Assembly: GCF_009914755.1 (NCBI RefSeq)
Contig: NC_060937.1
Source: the human T2T-CHM13v2.0 reference genome, Homo sapiens
DNA length: 64,000 nt
Reading direction: 5' to 3' (one strand)
In this document: piece by piece, positions 12,361 to 26,910 of the stretch
Layout of the letters: each line of letters opens with the position of its first letter
Numbering within the stretch: the first letter of the stretch is position 1
Position numbers and translations under genes: made by a program
The notes under the pieces: model-generated
Databases searched by the model: none
What the model was told of the DNA's origin: nothing
Seen by the model: only the letters and a program-made list of their open reading frames with translations

Positions 12361-13039
12361 CTGCTTGTCTTATGACCATGTGTTAGATTTATTTACTAAT
12401 TATCATGGCTGACATATTCGTCTGGAATGTTTGTTGAGAGTATTAAAAGTGTTATGTCTATTTCAAATATTCTTCAAAACTGGTTTTGTAAACGTGGCAT
12501 GCTATTAGGATTAAGTATTCCAAGGCATCCAGGGATATTCATGTTTGGTAAATGGCCGCTTTGAGGCTTTTTTCCTTCCTGTCTCTTTATTCCCCAGGTA
12601 GCTCGCCATAGATTAGTAAAGGAAGGAAGGGACAGCGTAGACAGATGGGTGAAGAGATTTGAATATGCGCTGCCTGCTCTAGCTTCACTCTACCATCCTA
12701 GTCAGTAAGACAGGGGTTGAGGCCCAAATGTAGTCACATAGCTCTTAGAGGTCACTGACATTTAATTCTAATCCAAGGATAGCATGCTCATTTGTACAGG
12801 GCTGCTATTATGTCTATGATCAGGTTTGATTTAGGCACCCATTAAGCATATATTTCTGTCTTAGAAGATGCTTGCTTTGGGAGGTAGAAAAGCAAATTTC
12901 ACCTTCGGAAGGAACATCAGAATAATGAACCCAACCCACCAACTGTGTCTCCTGGGAGACCTCTACCCTAAGCTTTGGTATGGCTTGAATTATTCATGAT
13001 CTTTCATGATCTACAGTTTACTTCACTAATCTATATATG

Positions 13040-13540
<501 letters not shown>

Positions 13541-14369
13541 AGCACTTACGTAGGCTACAAGATGGGTAAAATGGAAAACAAAACAATTGTTTAGAATTTC
13601 TTCTAAAGATTGGAAGGAAAAATGAGTAGATTTGGCCTTGAGGGTGGGTGGTGCTTTTTGGGGATTAAATGTGAATTTGCACTGTGCTCTTGTTATCACC
13701 AAAATTAGTTGCCCTGGACCAGTAGTTCTTGAGCTCTCTGGGCTATGTGTGCCTCTGCAGAGGGGCCTCTGGAGAGGGGACTCCATGGGGCGGTCCCGAA
13801 GACATGATTTGCTTTTTCTATCTCCAAAACCTCTCAAGGAGATAAGAAATCCATGTCTTCTAGATTCCTTTACATAGAAGAGGTTACACTCAGGCACGTT
13901 TTGGTGAAATGGATATAGATGAAATTCACTGCAGATTTTGTTTCTTTCAAGCTCTAATGAAATTATAAACATAAAAATACAGCCACATTTTATGAAGTCT
14001 TTAAAAAATTTTTAAGTACCCACAAGTTCTTAAAAGATTTTAACATTCCCTCCACCCTGCTTTTTTTTCCCAGCAGATAAACATTCTCAAGGTGTCTTCA
14101 TTTCTGGGTCCAGTGAAGAAATTATTTCCCTAAATGTTTTGACATTTATTGCACACAGTTCACAAAGGGGATACAGGACCTGTATTAATACTGAATTCTG
14201 TTTTTATGTTATATGATTAATAACTCGTTATTTCATATTCTAATATATGACTATGTATGTTTCTGTTCACTGCATGAACAAGCTGAACTTTCCAACTATC
14301 CTTTTGTACTTCAAAAGGATGACAGACAAATTGCTTCCTCCCAAGTGGGGAGTGGGAGAGGGCAGTTCT

Positions 14370-14555
14370 GTTTTTTGTTGTTGTTGTTTGTTTATTGTTT
14401 TGTTTCTGAGGCGGAGTCTCCCTCTGTTGCTCAGGCTAGAGTGCAGTGGGACAATCATGGCTCACTACAGTCTCGACCACCGAGGCTCAAGTGATTCTCC
14501 CACATCAGCCTCCCGAGTAGCTGGGACTAAGGTGTGTGTCACCTGTGTCCAGCTT
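14370..14555 (-). mobile_element. AluJ-like right-arm fragment
   Basis: CAGGCTAGAGTGCAGTGG...GGCTCAAGTGATTCTCCCAC with a (TTG)n tail. Confidence 0.8.
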
Positions 14556-15177
14556 GAGGGCAATTCTGGGTAAGGTTTTGGTGGTAGAAGTGCTGTGTTT
14601 GTCCCTTTCAAGCCTTAAGGCTTTGGACTTGGCTAGGGAAGCTTCCTCTCATCCTTTACACACTTGTATTGGCTGATCACTTTCCTGTGATATGTGTGTT
14701 TGTTTTGAAGTGGACCCAGACACAATAACATTTTCTTTCACTGGTAGTATTCTTACTTTACAATGATTTGTGTCAGCTAGAGGGGACCTTGTAGAAATAG
14801 GTTCTCCACTGTGAATTATTTTACAAAGGAGCTTTTGTTTCTAAAACCAAATGCAAAATTTAGACTCAATTACAAAAACATATTATAGGACTGAACACGT
14901 AACTTTTATGTTCTTTGCTGATAGTGGTTTGCCCAAACCCCGTTCCATCCCACAACACACACACCCACTGATTGCGAAGGCCTGACCCTTATCTTAGACT
15001 TCCCTTTCTTAGTGCTTTTTTATGTCTCTGAAATACTTTATCTAAAAATAGAAATATAACCATCACCTGTGTATCTCCCGCCCAGTTTCAGAGGGAATAG
15101 CAGCCTGCATGTGCCTTCTTTTCATTGTTTTTCTTCCCTGAATTTGGTGTTGATCAAATCCGTGCATCATTTTTATA

Positions 15178-15526
15178 CAATCTTGTGCCATATAATGATG
15201 TTTTGGTCAACAATGATTTGTGTATATGATGTGGTCCCATAAGATTATAATACTGTGTATTTTCACTGTACCTTACCTGTATTTAGATATGTTTAGATAC
15301 ATAAATACTTGCCATTGTGTTAGAGCTGCCTACTGTATTCAGTACACTAACATGCTGTAGAGGTGTGTAGCCTAGGAGCAAGAGGCCATACCACACAGCC
15401 TAGGTGTGGAGCAGACTATCCCACCGAGGTTTGTGTGAGTACACTCTATGATGTTCACACAGTGATGAAATTGCCTAACAATGCATTTCTCAGAACATAT
15501 CCCCATTGTGAAGCGATGCATGACTA
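15178..15526. mobile_element. Tigger3a-like TcMar DNA transposon (MITE), complete
   Basis: About 349 bp with degenerate TIRs (CAATCTTGTGCC / GCGATGCATGACTA) and flanking TA. Internal GGTCCCATAAGATTATAATAC and CAGCCTAGGTGTG motifs match Tigger3. Confidence 0.85.
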
Positions 15527-17754
15527 TACATCATAAGAATGTGTCCATAAACAATAATGTTTGTTTTTAAAATGTAATGGTTATTGACTCTCACATCCTT
15601 CAGTGATAGGGATCTTAGGTGGCATTGTTTTTTGAGATTATATGAATAAGTAGAATCCTAGTTATTTATACTATTGTATTGTCTTATATGACTACACCAT
15701 GATTATCTGTTCTGTTGATTTTCCCACATCTTCCTACCCCACTCCTTGTCAGCCAGCAATGGAAATTGGTTCAGACAGGGCTGTGGGTGTGGGAGTGCCA
15801 TACCTGTCTGCCTCTGCAGGCTTTTTAACCTGTGACTTCAGACAGATCCAGGCCTTTCTGAGGAACTCATGCATGATCATGAACGTAGGGGCTCCTATTG
15901 AAGTGAGCCATGAGAGAGAACTATAGGAAAAGCATTTGCCAACCTTTTATCAGGAGCAAAAGCCCTAGAAATTATATGGATATATTCAAACTGTTCAGTT
16001 TCTGTTTTCCCAGTATGTTTTTGCCACCAGAGTTAAAATATCTAGACATTTTACCACTAAAACTTGGAAACGGACGTGTATACTCTTTGCTGAGAGTGCC
16101 CTTGCTGGTGCCACAGCCAGGCTTTATGTTCCGTGTGTCTGGACTGTGGGGATGGGGCCCGAGGTGGGGGAGGTGCTCCTCAGAGCTCATGCCTTTGGCC
16201 CCACTGGCATCCTGGCTCCAGGGCAAGGCCCATGTACAAGACCCAGGTCTCCTAGGATGGTTTTTGTTACCCCAGGGAGGATGTCCCATTCATCACAGGA
16301 TGAATAGAAACTGACTTTAGGCAGCAAATTGTTTAATATGTCCTTCATCAGTGATTCCTGGACTTGATCGTGAGTTTTGAAAAACTAAATGGTCAGTGCT
16401 CAGTGAGCCAGAGTAATGAGGGAGAAGGCCTGAGGGGAGAAGCATGAGGACACAGGACCTGGGAAGGAGGCCATGGGTAACTGAGTCAAAGCAGGGTCTG
16501 TGGATGGAATGTTCTTGAAGAAGATGAAGTTTTCTGAGGCAGGTAAGTTGACTGACTGAGCTGATGGGCCCATTCACTTGACCGGAGTAGGTGTTTGCCC
16601 AGGCCGATGGGTACTCGCTTCTCCTTAGTTGTCTCCTCCCTTTCAGTCTGGCTGGATATCCTGCTGAGCATCTCCGTGTGTTTGCTCACATCAATCAAGA
16701 CACAATTATTTGCATCAACTTGTTGCTACCTGTGAAATTTGACTAGCTAACTGGTAAAAGGGAGAGCTATTCCCACTTTGCAACAAACACACCAGGGAAT
16801 GGTGGATAGTTATGCAGTTTCAGCCCACTCACGGCAAGTGCAGAAATGTTCTCAACTGATTTATAGTTCTATTAACTTTTTATCCTAAATATCCTTCCCC
16901 CTTTCCCCGGGTTTAACCCTTGACATTGATTGCTCTTTCCCTGCAATATCAAGTATTACCTGTAGGACAGGGACTTACATCCATTGCAGACATCCCATCT
17001 TTATGATCAGCGTATGGGCTATCACATTAAAAAACAAAACCACTTTTTCTCCCTCTGGTTTGTAAGCAAAGGGAGAAAGAGAATACCAAAAGCTACAATC
17101 CCAGCAGGAAATCTGCTGTTGGGCTGCCGTAGAACAAATGGAATTCCTTTTAATTACATAGACTGTTGCAAAGTTGCACAGTACCCAAGGCTGGGAGAGC
17201 AGCCAATCCTGGCCCTTTATCAAGCGCAGACTCAGCTAATGGAGACGGTGCATCAGGACACTTACTTACATTGAAGCTCAGAGTGGAAGCTTGGGCTCTG
17301 CACCTACAAGCTGCTGGGCTGTGCCTATGTGTCGCCTTGCTTCTGCGAGCAGCTCGGGATGGAGTTAGACCCAAGCATGACAGGAAAGTACGACCAGGAT
17401 GCTTTCTGTGCTCCGCTGCCCTAGCCTCAAACTGACATTGGATAGACGTCTGGGTCAGGTGCTGAGGGGAGAGAATGGGGTCAACTTGGGTTCATCTGAT
17501 TAAGCTCAACCCTACTGGAAAGGTTTTTCTCTCCTTGCTTCAGTCTGCAATGGAAATAATAACATCCTGTTACCAACTTGTGGAGATGAGTATCTCATTG
17601 TCACAGTACTGACTTTAAACTTGTGTCATCTAAAACGTTCTTTCTGCAATTTGGGTGCTTCTCGGCATCTCATTCTTTTAAGAGAATTGAAACTGAGAAT
17701 GAAAGGAAAGTACTGGCTTTCTCCTTTCACCCAGGAATTTATCCTTAACAAAGA

Positions 17755-17860
17755 CCCTTAGGCAGGATACCTGGGTCCTAATTCCAGCTTGGCTGTTACT
17801 TGTGTGATGCTGGTTGCATTTAGGTAAGCTAATCACTTTAGCCATCCCCAAATCTCTGTG
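17755..17860. mobile_element. MIR fragment
   Basis: CCTGGGTCCTAATTCCAGCTTGGCTGTTACT...TTAGGTAAGCTAATCACTT resembles the MIR core. Confidence 0.55.
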
Positions 17861-18088
17861 GTTCACCACCTTAAAGACTTATCTCATGTCACTCTCCAGT
17901 GTGTGTTGGGGAAAGAGAGCTTTTGCCTCCACATGGCCATCCTTCCCTAGGAGTCCCCGCTGGTATTGTTGTATTTGGCAGGTGAGGAAAGAGAAAGAAC
18001 ATGACGGGGCTGGGGGGTTGGGGGACACACACATTCTGACTGCAGGGGGCTGGGAGACATGATTTAGCTGCAGGCTTGGGAGGAAAGG

Positions 18089-18438
18089 TGATATGGTTTG
18101 GCTCTGTGTCTGCAAAATATCATCTCAAATTATAAGCCCCATAATCCCCATATGTCAAGGGAGGGACCTTATGGTAGGTGATTGGGTTATGGGCAGTTTC
18201 CCCCATCCTCTTCTCCTGACAGTGGGTGAGTTCTCGTGAGACCTGATGGTTTTATAAGCCCCTTCACATGCTCTTTCTCTCTCTTCTGCTGTCTTGTGAA
18301 GGTGCTTGCTTCCCCTTTGCCTTCCACCATGATTGTAAGTTTCCTGAGGCCTCCCCAGCCATGTGGAACTGTGAGTCAATTAAACCTCCTTTCTTTATAA
18401 ATTACCCAGTCTCAGGTAAAAAAAAATGGACCAGTACA
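18089..18438. mobile_element. THE1 (ERVL-MaLR) solo LTR
   Basis: Starts TGATATGGTTTGGCTCTGTGTC, ends ...ACA, and contains GTGAGTCAATTAAACCTC. Perfect 5-bp TSD AAAGG at 18084-18088 and 18439-18443. Confidence 0.92.
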
Positions 18439-18630
18439 AAAGGGGAATTTAGTGTTGATAAACAGCCTGTGTTCGCCACAGTGGGCATCTCACTTAGTGT
18501 CCCAAACTTCTGTCTCTTCGTGAATGATAAATTTGATTGGGTCAGTATTTTTCAGTTTTGAGCTACTGATCCATTTTTACTATTTCTTCCATATCTAGAT
18601 GTCACCTTTAAAATGACTTACTTTAACTTG

Positions 18631-18943
18631 GGCCGGGCACAGTGGCTCAAGCCTGTAATCCCAGCACTTTGGGAGGCAGAGGCAGGCGGATCACGAGGTC
18701 AGGAGATCGAGACCATCCTGGCTAACACGGTGAAACCCTGTCTCTACTAAAAATACAAAAAATTAGCTCGGCATGGTGGCGGGCGCCTGTAGTCCCAGCT
18801 ACTCAGGAGGCTGAGGCAGGCGAATGGCGTGAAACTGGGAGGCGGAGCTTGCAGTGAGCAGAGATCACGCCACCGCACTCCAGCCTGGGCGACAGAGCGA
18901 GACTCCGTCTCAAAAAAAAAAAAAAAACAAAAAACCCAAAAAA
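18631..18943 (+). mobile_element. AluY-like element
   Basis: AluY-type segments GGATCACGAGGTCAGGAGATCGAGACCATCCTGGCTAACACGG and GGCGGAGCTTGCAGTGAG. TSD GACTTACTTTAACTT at 18615-18629 and 18944-18958. Confidence 0.92.
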
Positions 18944-19142
18944 GACTTACTTTAACTTAACATCTTCTTAGCAGTAATATTCCTGAAATAATGGATGTGA
19001 TATGCTAGTTACATGTTTTCTAACACATATTAGAATATACAACCAGTGAATGTGTGTCAATTGAATGTATGCTCTTTCAGATACATATATCAGCCCATGG
19101 GAATTCAGTGATCTGAGATTCTGTTCGATTGTTTGGAAAATT

Positions 19143-19432
19143 TTTTTCTTTTGAGACAAGGTCTTGCTTTGTCACCCAGGCTGGAGTATAGTGGCATGAT
19201 CAAGGCTCACTGCAAACTCAACCTCTCAGGCTCAAGCGATCTTCCCATATCAGTCTCCCTAGAACTAGGACTACAGATATGTGCCACCATGCCTGGTTAA
19301 TTTTTTTGACATTTTGTTGAGACGGGATCTCACCATGTGGTCCAGGCTGGTCTTGAACTCCTCAGCTCAAGCGATCTTCAGCCTCAGCCTCCCAAAGTGC
19401 TAGGATTACACAGTGAGCCACAGTAACTGGCT
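19143..19432 (-). mobile_element. AluJ-like element
   Basis: Diverged Alu dimer with TSD-like TGGAAAAT(T/C)TTT on both sides. Confidence 0.85.
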
Positions 19433-20898
19433 GGAAAATCTTTAATGCTTAAGAAAGAAAACGTCAGCAAGAATTCACTTTGTTATATGTCTTAAACCTG
19501 ACAGTACTTGGGTAAGAAGTTTGACTGCTGGTCACAAACTGCATACTATCTTGAGAATAGCACTATTTTAGAATGATTAAGGACAACAGAAAGGGGTCAT
19601 AGGGATTTAGGCCTTTAAATAATAGCACAGCATCTCATTTCTGCCTTATTTCTCCTCCCTCTACTTCCCCCTCAAGCACTAAAAGCAAGAACTGGGGAAG
19701 CGGGAAGATTGACATACTGTGTTTTGGGGATGGACAATTTGGTGTGACAGTTCTGACATTTAGGGCAAGAGCTGGGCTGGAGAAGGTGCTTAAAGGTGAG
19801 ACGAAACGTCAAATTAGAATTTCTCCTTGAAATAAAGCGTAACAGGAGTTATGTCCCCGGGGCCTGAATCCATCTCTTTCTGCACCTCCTGCTGTCCCTG
19901 CCCATCATTTCTCATCTGTATCAATCCCTGTAGCAGCCATCTCACCACCCTTCGGTTTTCTCTTCACTGTTTCCAGTGTTTCTGAAATGAAATTGATGAT
20001 ATATTTTTCCTGCATCAAATTCCTCAATGTCTTATCATCATTGGGATAAAATATGGGGTGCACAGTCCCTTCCCACACCAGACCCTGCCCACCCAAGTAG
20101 CACCCACTTTAGTTAACCTGTGGTTCCCTGGGTGGGCCACACTCTTCATCCCCTGGGTCTCTCCCACACACTTCTCTCTTTTTGAAAAATGGTTGCCACT
20201 TCCCTTTACCACTTGGCTACCTCTGCGGTGATTCTTCAGAGCTAATCTTTGGCTTCGGCTCCCCTGGCAGCTTCAGGAAAGCGTCCCTCAGTATGGCTGG
20301 CTGCCACTTGCCTGCCTCCCCTCCTAGAGCACAGGGAGATGCATTTCACCCCTGGACTCCCAGCATCTGGCTTTAAGTTAGAGAGTCAGCCACATTTGGT
20401 TGAATGAATGGAAGGATTATGCTTTTTCTAGACAATCACTAGCTCTTGATCCAATCAATTATAAAGTACTGTATCTGGGAAGTATAAAGCTTTTCAAAAT
20501 ACATTTCAATAAAATGAAGTTAAAAGAAAAAAATCGCAATTGAAGGTTAAGAGTATATGATATCAATGTACCATTAAAAAGTTCATTCTCTTCATACTTA
20601 GCACATTTATTGTTGTATAAGAAGTTGGCAGATAAAGCAAAACTTTGGTTAGAGTCTTGACACAAAAGGAGTTTCTTAGATGAAGACTGGGAGTCTAATG
20701 GCTTTTTGAGGACAAGTCCAGGGTTTTACTGTCTTTTTTTGCCTTTATGTGTTTATCTGCTTTAGAGAGAAAATTTTTGCCTTCAAAAGAGAACTCTTTC
20801 TGAGCTGCCATTTAATAAGCAACAACTTCATTTTGCATGTAATCTGATGTATCATAAATCATACTTGCTTTTGAAGTCCATAAACAAAGGCCCCCTCA

Positions 20899-21070
<172 letters not shown>

Positions 21071-21254
21071 TAATAAAATGATTTATTCTTCAATTCCTGA
21101 AAAACAAAACCCGCTTCATGGTGACATAAAGGCCCAAAGCTTTGGCTTTGTGGCAGAATGGTAGGGAGACACAGCTTCATCAAAGCCCCCAGAAATAGAA
21201 TAACTAATGCAAGGAAATTTGTGGTTATAGAGCAGTTAAGCCACAAAAGCCACC

Positions 21255-21345
21255 TCGAAATCCTAGGCTTAAGTAATCCTCCCACCTCAGCCTCCCAAGT
21301 AGTTGAGATTACAAGCAGGCAACACCATGCATGTGTGCTCTTTCG

Positions 21346-21415
<70 letters not shown>

Positions 21416-21770
21416 CTTTCTTTCTTTTTCTTTCTTTCTTTTTCTTTCCTTCTTTCTTTCTTTCTCTTTCTTTTTCTTTCTTTCTTTCTTTTTCTTTCCT
21501 TCCTTCTTTCTTTCTTTCTTTCTTTCTTTTTCTTCCTTCCTTCCTTTCTTCCTTCTTTCCTTCCTTTCTTTTTCTTTCTTTCTTTCCTTCCTTCCTTCCT
21601 TCCATCCTTCTTTCCTTCCTTCCTCCCTCCCTCCGTCCCTTCCTTCCTTCCATTCATTCGTAACGACAGGTCCTCAAACAGGCTGATCTCAAACTCCTGG
21701 GCTCAAGCAATCCTCCCACCTCAGCCTCCCAAAGTGCTAGGATTACAGGTATTATCCACCGAGCCTGGCC
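21255..21770 (-). mobile_element. AluJ-like element whose central linker has expanded into an approximately 320-bp (TTTC/TTCC)n microsatellite (about 21340-21660)
   Basis: Alu arm sequence lies on both sides of a long polypyrimidine tract. Confidence 0.82.
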
Positions 21771-21895
21771 CTCTATATTATTTATAATTTGATTTTTACG
21801 GGTATGTTTAAATTACCTGTTAGTAAATTTTCTATAATCCTTTCAAAGTTTTATCCAGCTCTTTATTTTAAATAGAAGAATTTAAAATAATTCTT

Positions 21896-22203
21896 GGCCA
21901 GGCATGGTGGCTCATATCTGTAATCCTGGCAGTTTGGGAGGCTGAGGTGGGAGGATTGCTTGAGCCCAGGAGTTAGAGACCAGCCCGGGCAACATAGTGA
22001 AAGCCCCATCTCTACAACAATACAAAAATTAGCTGGACATAGTGGCACATGCCTGCAGTCCCAGCTACTTGGTAGGGTGAGGCAGGCAGACTGCTTTAGC
22101 CCAGGAGGTCAAGGCTGTAGCGAGCCATGATCCCACCACTGCACTCCAGCCTGGGCAACAGAGTGAGACCCTGTCTCAAAAAAAAAAAAAAAAAAAAAAA
22201 AAT
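21896..22203 (+). mobile_element. AluJ-like element with long poly(A) tail
   Basis: GGCCAGGCATGGTGGCTC...CTGTCTC(A)n; AATTCTT occurs on both flanks. Confidence 0.9.
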
Positions 22204-22749
22204 AGAATTCTTCAGCTGCTGTTAAGGAAGATTCCTAGCTTCTTAGACCTGTTGGCATTACAGTCATTGCCCTTGTGTCCAAATGAGGCATCAGGAAAGC
22301 TGCAGCCTTCTTCCTCAAATCCCCTGGGGTTAAATTGTTGAATGCTGCTGATACAAATCACCAGGTTAGTGATGGGCTCTGTATTAAATATTGACACAAG
22401 ATAAATTACTGGAATACTTTTAAATGTCTCGTATTATTAAGCACTTAGTGATTTTATTATATTTTCACTTTCAGGAAAAACTAAAGTTTGGGTTACTAAC
22501 ATCTGACAGTCTAGAATTCTGAAACTTGTAACTCCATAACATCAGCTTAAAAAAATTGATTCCACAAGACACATACAAATACTCCTTGTAGGAGAATTAT
22601 TTTGGCTCTATATATTGAGATTTATTCAAAGATCCTTAAAATTATCTGGAAAGCTTCAGACTGATACTTTCAAGCAAATATTAGTAGTCAATCTTGTGGC
22701 AAAATACAAGCTCCTTAAGAGCAGAACTTCTCTTTTCTTTATTTCCTCT

Positions 22750-22916
22750 ACAGCCTTGCTGCTCAAAGTGTGGTCCATGGATCAGCAACATCAGCATTGT
22801 CTGGAAGTCTTTTAGAAATGTACAACCTTGGCCCCAACCTAGATTTACTGAATTTGAAATCTGTGCTTCAATAAGATAGAAGATTTGTGTGCACACTCAA
22901 GTTTGAGAAGCACTGG
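22750..22916. mobile_element. MER5A-type hAT-Charlie DNA transposon
   Basis: CTCAAAGTGTGGTCC...CAGCATTGTCTGG...AAGTTTGAGAAGCACTG matches MER5 termini and core. Confidence 0.8.
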
Positions 22917-23929
22917 CCTATAGCACCCACCTCAGTGCTGGAAATGTAAGAGCTTAATAAAGTTTGGCTGGTGTTTCAGACTAGAACCTTCAAGAATTGA
23001 TCATCAGTTTCAACTTCTTTGTTCCAAGGGTTGCTTTGGACTCTAGACTTCACCGTTACGCATCTGCTAGAAATAAACAGCAAGGCAAAATTTAAATAAT
23101 GGGATTTTTTTTAAAAGTCCCATTCTATTTGATTATCTATACTGCACTCAAACAAACTGAATTTGGAGAGAAAGAGCCATCTCTGCCACTCTCCTGCTTC
23201 CTTTTAACCACACAGTGTCCTCTATGTGGCAGTATAACTCTGAGAAATGTGCAGAAAGTCAGCATTTAGTCTTTAGTTACCATCTCTCTGCTCAGAGCTG
23301 TCTGTCCCACAACGACAGACGGATAAGAGAGTCCATGAGTTAGGCCTTGCTTGCAGTTGGGAGGCCCTCAGAGGTTTTCTCTCCTTCTTTCTCTATTTCG
23401 TTAAACTCAAGAGGCCAAACATCTCAGATCTGGCCATATCACAGTACTGTAAACTCAACTGTCCCCTCTCCCTTAACTTAGGAAGCTTAACTAGAAAGGA
23501 ACTCCAGAAACCATGGAAAAACCAAGTTCAAGATCATAACTCCTCAACACCTGGGCTTAGGTTGGAGGGAGTTGGCGCATGGACAGGCCTCAGATGGAAT
23601 CCTCCAGATGGAATCCTTAAGCACTACCCTAATGACGTAGTGTTTCCTGTGACTAACATGAGCTTCAGGTATCACATTTGCAGTGTTGGGAGTGGGAGCA
23701 TCTAAGCAAGAATGGTTTTCATCCAGGGGTGTGTGTCCTATGGGTGGTGAAGCCAACAATTAGTATATCCTCTGGGCATTAAGCACACGACATGACCACA
23801 AAGAACTTTTGTAGCTCTGGGCTGGGGAGTATAGTTATGGCACCTGTTGATGAAGCAACAGTGCAAAGTCATTCAGTGCTACAGTGGCTAGAAAAAGAAT
23901 TAAGGTCTTGTATTTTTCTGGGATATACA

Positions 23930-24355
23930 TTTTTCAGTGCACTTTCAACTACATTATTACATTTGATCCTTACAAGATTATGTGAGACTAGGACAGACAT
24001 TGTTAGTCTCATTTTATATTTAAGAAAACTAACCAAATTCTTGGCAAGTTTAGAGTTTGCAGTGGTGGCTCATGGCAATGGCTCAAATCTGCTTATTTTA
24101 CTCATTCCTTGACTCAAGTAACTTAACGTCTCTGTAATGCAGTTTCCGTAGCAGTAAATGGAGATGAAAATAATTGGGCTTTATTCATATGGTAGTTAAT
24201 GCACACAAAGATTTTAGCATAGTGCTTGCCTATACACAGTAGGAGGTGATAACTGTTAGCTTCAATGGTTACTGCTGGAGATCACAAAGCTAATGAGTAG
24301 TAGACCCAGGACTTGAACCAGGATCTCTGGTTCTAAGTCCAATGATCTTTTCATT
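23930..24355. mobile_element. MIR fragments in opposite orientations (one apparently nested in the other)
   Basis: CATTTTATATTTAAGAAAACT and, later, GATCACAAAGCTAATGAGT..GGACTTGAACC are in one orientation. They flank CAAGTAACTTAACGTCTCTG..CAGTTTCC..AAATGGAGAT in the other. Confidence 0.55.
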
Positions 24356-26415
24356 ATGCATCAGTGTGAGTGATTCTGGACACACCTCAGGCATCGTCTC
24401 CTTCAGGAAGCATTTTCTGGTCTCACCCCGTTCCTGGCCAAGTGCTGATGTGAATTTTGACAGGAAGCAACCTCCTGTTCAGTCTTTGCAGCTGAGACCA
24501 CGTCGTATCCCTCTACCTGTGCTTCTTTATTTTGTTTGACCCCCTTTTGTCTTTTATCCTTTCTCCTGGAGGTGTATTTATTATCTGTGCCTATAATTGC
24601 CCAATTCTCTTGCAGAGTCTGAATAAAATCACAGTTTAGCTCCAGCTGTGTAGCTTTCGACAGCCCCACATGAAGCTCCTGCTTGCTGCTGAGAAGACAC
24701 ACAGATGTGATTTATAATCAGATTGCAGGGGAATGTGGCATGTTGTCAAGGTTTCATTTCTGGCCAAACAGGAGGGAGGAACTAAAAATGGGGCTGCCAG
24801 AACAAGAAGAAAATGTCAGGTGCTTGAAGGAAAGTGTAAAACTCAGACTCTAATCAGTTGGATGATGATACAATACCTTTTTCGGGGGGTTTTGTCTAAT
24901 TCAGTAAAACTGAATTATGCTTGAGGAAAACAAACTCATTGCAGATTATATAGATATGAATGCATATGTGTAAGCATAGAAAGATATAGATACATATATG
25001 GATATACATGTACATATGTCTTCATTTTATTCCTGGAATTAGAAATGTTTATCCTATGTAGTCAAGCCTCAGTATACAAGCCCATCTTCTCACTTAATAA
25101 TCAGTGTTATTAATATAAATAAACCATTCAAAATTTGTGTGATAATATCATAAAAGTCATAATCATATTCTATTCCCAAACATTAGCTACTGCTATTTAT
25201 ACAACACATTGAATGATGTGACTGTTGGCCATGAACAATTTGTAACTTTACTAAAATGGATCTCCATTCTAATAAGCAGCTTTAAGGAGGAGTTTTATAA
25301 CCTTAGGAGAGTGTTTTGGGGCAACAATTAATTTACTAAATATAAGCAATATATTTTTTTTCTTACATAATAGGAATCTTGTCACTTTAGGCAACCTGTT
25401 GGAAAAACAAGTTTTACTATTTTTGCAAGTCATCCATGAGGAGGAAAAGACAGATTGCTTAATCTGAAACTTTCAAAAGGATGAAATATAATAGTTAGAG
25501 CTACCTTAATACATGAAATATGAATAAGGGATCTCTGGGTTGGTACAAACTATTTTTAAGTCCTTCTATACCTACAAGAATAACAACCTTGCTTAATTTA
25601 AAACATTACACCCCCTGTTTTTCCTTGGTTTGAGAAAACATAAGCAGATTTGACTTCACATTTTTTCGACAAGAACATAGTTAGCTGATGGAAGGTGGGA
25701 TGTGACATGTTAGTCAATGATGGGCCCAAAGCTAACTGTGAGATCATCAGTGTAGTTTTAAAATCAATTGGCAACACAGTCCCATGGTGAAGTCGTGTGA
25801 TAATTTTCTCAGACACCTAATGTTTCAAAAAACGTCACGCTATGAATTTTGATTATGGTTGTAATCTAAACTGGCTCTCCAGTTTTAAAATGATTACATA
25901 AAAGCATTGATTTGGTGCCTAAAACACATTTTTGCTCAAGAAGCACATTTGGGTGAAATGAACAGTTTCTAAATGAGCAGCATACATTTCCTTCACTTTA
26001 GAAAATAATCAGTTAATATATTCTTCTCTTACGATGCTACCAATTCAAAGCTTTTATGCATTTGTATTTACATAAATATATCATCACCTAATTATTAATG
26101 CTGAATTAGCTGTGCTAGTTCATTTTCTGTGAGTGACCCCAATAATCTTAGCCTTAACAAATTTAGGGAGGAAGGAATGACTAAGGCATTAACATCCAAG
26201 TTCTGCAATGAGGCCTCCAGCATGCCCTTGTGTCTGTGTTGTTAGAGACTTTCAGTGAGAACAAGGAGTGCTTGTAATCCTTTCAGTTGTCTCTTACTTA
26301 ATGTTTGCCCAGAGGCTGGGTTTAATCTGGGCGAGGGCTCCTGGGGTCTCAGTTTGTGTAACTTTTTTGAGGCAAGGGCAGCAAGGAAGAAGCATTCTAC
26401 TAGGCAGGTTTAGAC

Positions 26416-26466
26416 GATGTCCAAGCTTGTAAGTCACCTGTGATGTCCAAGCTTGTAAGTCACCTG
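26416..26466. repeat. Perfect 25-bp direct repeat, period 26 (GATGTCCAAGCTTGTAAGTCACCTG x2)
   Basis: Identical copies at 26416-26440 and 26442-26466. Confidence 0.95.
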
Positions 26467-26910
26467 GGGGACTATCAAAAGATTTTTATGATTCAGAGGT
26501 GCCAGCAGGCAAGATTCCAGGCCAATTTGGAGAAATGAGAATAAGAAAAGAAAAAAAGAAATCCCAGATGAAAATAATTCAAGCCAAAACTCATGAGAAG
26601 TCACGGGCACAGTTCAGGAATTCTGTTAAGATTGAATAATAGGTTGTTATTAAGCCTAATCTTAAGAAAAAGACTCGCAGAGAGATCCTGGTCTAATCTT
26701 CATTTTCAACTCATTCAGTCCCTAGACTTGTTGTCATCCAGTCCCTGAATTGTTGTCATTGTAGAATACCAGAATGATACTGCTGTAGAGGAAATGGTCA
26801 CCAACTCCCTGAATCAACTGGGATTTTTCCATTTCCCAGGGGAGGTAAGAATGCAAAAAGGTGAGGAAAGGATCTGAGCCAGCAATATGTTACTAAATAT
26901 TTAACAACTG

